Of a stretch of 64,000 nt of DNA, positions 61,613 to 64,000 are shown one piece after another. Position 1 is the first letter of the stretch. Every line of letters starts with the position of its first letter. Location of the stretch: contig JADGQO010000135.1 of the NCBI GenBank assembly GCA_017881725.1, forward strand, positions 65,807-129,806, written 5' to 3'. A program made the translations under genes and the position numbers. Under the pieces are notes generated by a model. That model worked only from the letters and a program-made list of their open reading frames with translations, ran no database searches and was not told the origin of the DNA. The stretch comes from Fibrobacteria bacterium (lineage in GTDB: Bacteria; Fibrobacterota; Fibrobacteria; UBA11236).

Positions 61613-64000
61613 TTATTCCGGATTGGTGAGTCCCGGCATTCCGGTCCAACCCGCCAATTCCGGGCTGATGGCCCACAATTTTGGTTCCGAAACGCTTTGC
61701 CAGCGCACAAGAATTTCATCCCAAGGCTGACGCTGGGAGCGCGCTGCGGCCCAATCCCGGCCGATGGTTGAAATGCCGCTTTCGCTTTGGCCGCTGACCG
61801 TCACCACTCGATAATGGGATCCGGCGGAAAGCCCTGCCTTGGACGCTGCCATTTTCAAAGCGGTTTCCAAGCCGCCCAAAGTGTCGACCAAGCCATTCTT
61901 AAGGCCCTGGCTGCCCGTGAAGATCTGTCCTTGCCCGAGGCTGTCGATGCCGTTTTTGGTTTTGTGGCGGCCGTCCGCGACCTTTCCGATGAAGTCCTGG
62001 TAAAAATCGTCCATGTGCTTTTGCAGTATCACCACTTCGCCGCTGTCCCAACTGCGCGACATGCTGTTCCCGTCCGCGTGGGGCGCGGTTTTCACCGTCT
62101 CGGTGGCCAGGCCGAGCTTTTCATATAATCCTTTCAATACGAATTTCCCCCATAATACGCCGATGCTTCCGACGGTGGAATTGGGTTCCGCCACGATTTT
62201 ATCCGCGCCGCAAATCAGGTAATAGCCGCCCGAGGCGGCGTCATGGCCTACGGAGGCAATCACGGGGATATGTGCTTGTTTCAGCAACTCGACTTCGCGC
62301 CACATCTCGTCGGCCGCCTGCGCGGAACCGCCGGGCGAATCGACGCGCAGCACCACGGCTCTAACGCCGGGCATCATCCTCGCGGCCCGTAACTGCTGGG
62401 TTACGGTCTCCGATCCCGCCATTTCCGGCCCCGCCAGCCACCCGTGCGCGCTGGGCCCGCTAACCATTTCCCCCGTCACCACCACCAAGGCGATTTTAGG
62501 CGCGATGTTCCAATCCTCGCGGTATGGGGCTTCCGACTCCACCCTTTGCGCCTGGGCATGCGGTCCGCCGGCCCAAACCAAGGTTTCGTCGGCTTGCAGC
62601 AAGGTGTCGATCAGACCCGACTTCCGCGCTTGACGCAAACCGATTTCACCCGATTCCAATACTTTGCGCAGCGAATCGGCGGAGATTTTGCGCGCTTGGG
62701 AGACCACATCGAGATAATGTTCCCACTCGTCGTTGATAAAGGCGGTAAGGTTTTGCCGGGCCGGTTCCGAAAGGCTGGTGCGCGTATACGGCTCTTCGAA
62801 GGATTTGTATTTCCCATGCCGGAGGAATTGGGGTTGCACGCCCAATTTGTCGAACAAGCCGCGGTAAAAGGTAAGTTCGGCCGCGAAACCCGTGACGGCG
62901 AAATACCCTTGAGGTTGCATGCCGATGGCATCGGCCGCCGACGCCAGGAAATAATTCAAAGCCGTCGTCTGTTCCATATAGGCCACGACGTGTTTTCCAT
63001 GTCCTCGCAAGCGCAGAATACGCGCGCGGATTTCCTCGCCCATGGCCCAACCGCAGCGGGCATTGCCTAACTTGATCAACACAAAGTGCGTGTTAGGATC
63101 GGACTCCATCGCGTCCAACCTGCGCAGCAAGTCCAGAAAGCCCAGAGCCTTATTCCGGCCGGTCCAATCCTGCTGGGACTCCCCTTCGATCAAGGGTCGG
63201 TTCAAATCCAATACGGCAACGGTTCCGGTGGAGGTCAGGTAGGGAAGACGCTGATCGTTCCGGAAGGAAATTCCCGCAGCACGGCCCAATACGCGTCCGT
63301 CTACGAAATCGGATCCTCCCTTACCATTCCGTGCCGGGAGCTCGGCGGCATTACTGCTCCAACCGAACGCCGCCACACTATGACTGGTCGCCTGCAACAC
63401 CAATCCCAGGGTGCCCTGATGATTCGCAAAATCATACTGCGTTTGCATCCGCAATCCGAAGGGAAGGGGGATTTGCGTAAACAGGAACCCTTGTTGGCGC
63501 TGATCCTTGGCCTGGAGGCTGCCCAATCCGATTTGCAGGTCGGAGGGCCAACCCGTTCGGGAACCGAACGGGCGATAAGCCAATGCCAGGTGATGAATAG
63601 GCAATTCGTTCCCGCCGCTCCACAGGTTTTCCCCCCAGTAGGAGGCCATTAAAACCTTCAGGGGACGGAAGTGTAACCCTGCATCGACAACCGCGTGATT
63701 TTCTCCGCCGTTGAGAGCCCAATAGCCGATTCTAATTCCGGGGGAAAAAAGATTCAGCCAATCGGTGGCCCAGGCCATATCGAACCTTGCCTGCATGGGA
63801 CCGCCGCCCTCCAAAATCCGCAAACCCTCGGCATGATGTTCGCCCTGATGGGAACCGGCCCATAATCGAGTGGCCGTTCCGGAACCAATACGGCTTTCGG
63901 CCCAACCAAAACCGAATTCGTCGTCGATTAATGCCGCTGAGGCCGGGTTCTCGAAGGCGGCGGGCCCGTCTGAGGTCGCTTTTTTGTTCGAGAAGGGTAA
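61613..64000 (-). CDS. sppA: SppA-like (peptidase S49, 67K tandem-domain type) with N-terminal beta-barrel-like domain; 5' end beyond window
   Basis: The C-terminal half has two S49 domains ('VVAYMEQTTALNYFLASAAD', 'IASVGHDAASGGYYLICGADKIVAEPNSTVGSIGV' with Ser and Lys). The reading frame is open upstream of ATG 63823 to position 64000. Confidence 0.7.
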   Translation of the reverse strand, partial: LPFSNKKATSDGPAAFENPASAALIDDEFGFGWAESRIGSGTATRLWAGSHQGEHHAEGLRILEGGGPMQARFDMAWATDWLNLFSPGIRIGYWALNGGENHAVVDAGLHFRPLKVLMASYWGENLWSGGNELPIHHLALAYRPFGSRTGWPSDLQIGLGSLQAKDQRQQGFLFTQIPLPFGLRMQTQYDFANHQGTLGLVLQATSHSVAAFGWSSNAAELPARNGKGGSDFVDGRVLGRAAGISFRNDQRLPYLTSTGTVAVLDLNRPLIEGESQQDWTGRNKALGFLDLLRRLDAMESDPNTHFVLIKLGNARCGWAMGEEIRARILRLRGHGKHVVAYMEQTTALNYFLASAADAIGMQPQGYFAVTGFAAELTFYRGLFDKLGVQPQFLRHGKYKSFEEPYTRTSLSEPARQNLTAFINDEWEHYLDVVSQARKISADSLRKVLESGEIGLRQARKSGLIDTLLQADETLVWAGGPHAQAQRVESEAPYREDWNIAPKIALVVVTGEMVSGPSAHGWLAGPEMAGSETVTQQLRAARMMPGVRAVVLRVDSPGGSAQAADEMWREVELLKQAHIPVIASVGHDAASGGYYLICGADKIVAEPNSTVGSIGVLWGKFVLKGLYEKLGLATETVKTAPHADGNSMSRSWDSGEVVILQKHMDDFYQDFIGKVADGRHKTKNGIDSLGQGQIFTGSQGLKNGLVDTLGGLETALKMAASKAGLSAGSHYRVVTVSGQSESGISTIGRDWAAARSQRQPWDEILVRWQSVSEPKLWAISPELAGWTGMPGLTNPE

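Noticed and set aside
62444-63070. 208-aa plus-strand ORF
   Set aside because: It is antisense inside the SppA-like gene.

Overview
This is a high-GC (~58-60%) bacterial chromosomal segment with Gram-negative envelope genes (BamD, CpoB/YbgF, LptF/LptG) and tight gene packing. Many neighbouring genes share 4-bp ATGA or TGATG stop/start overlaps, which indicates operons. I annotate about 58 protein genes, one tRNA-Gly(GCC) with a bidirectional terminator, three repeat arrays and one conspicuous hairpin.

From start to end of the window:

1. Positions 1-14331 carry a same-strand 'phosphorolytic' sugar-to-acetyl-phosphate module: PPK2, alpha-glucan phosphorylase, a HAD hydrolase, acetate kinase, a 41-aa Trp/Met-rich membrane peptide, a Cu(I) P1B-ATPase, phosphoketolase, class I aldolase, a YHS metal-binding protein, type I phosphomannose isomerase, a eukaryote-type HAD phosphomannomutase and a GH130 beta-mannoside phosphorylase.

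2. A signal-peptide Met-rich protein (14618-15073) lies 8 bp upstream of a complete N-type ATPase operon, atpD-C-Q-R-B-E-F-A-G (15081-21951). The c subunit carries the full Na+-ligand signature (Q...ESTxxY). The alpha and beta subunits both have unusual K/E/A-rich C-terminal tails.

3. Housekeeping genes follow: tRNA-Gly, ligA, cysK/M, miaA, a NUDIX hydrolase, tatD, ridA, a bacilliredoxin, trmFO, purH, purC, nadD, tadA and def.

4. A surface-protein cluster (31966-40600) contains an Ig-like/beta-barrel protein, a small secreted protein and a 1955-aa giant protein. The giant protein has NIDO-like, PKD-like and HYR-like domains and 10 tandem ~85-aa (~255 bp) two-cysteine repeats resembling the chitobiase/hexosaminidase C-terminal domain (CHB_HEX_C).

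5. Envelope genes: bamD (with an 18-bp x4 tandem repeat at its 5' end), cpoB, lptF and lptG, then a GAF-GGDEF diguanylate cyclase translationally coupled to lptG.

6. Downstream of tadA there is a 290-bp non-coding region with three tandem ~40-bp hairpin repeats.

7. A peptide-processing cluster: dipeptide epimerase, M14 peptidase, a GT1/GT28-type glycosyltransferase, and a secreted TldD/PmbA (TldE) protease pair.

8. A 5'-truncated SppA-like peptidase with an unusual N-terminal beta-barrel-like domain ends the window.

The best candidates for something undescribed are: (a) the Met-rich periplasmic protein coupled to the Na+ N-ATPase; (b) the Trp/Met-rich micro-protein plus Cu-ATPase embedded in the ackA-xfp operon; and (c) the giant repeat adhesin cluster.
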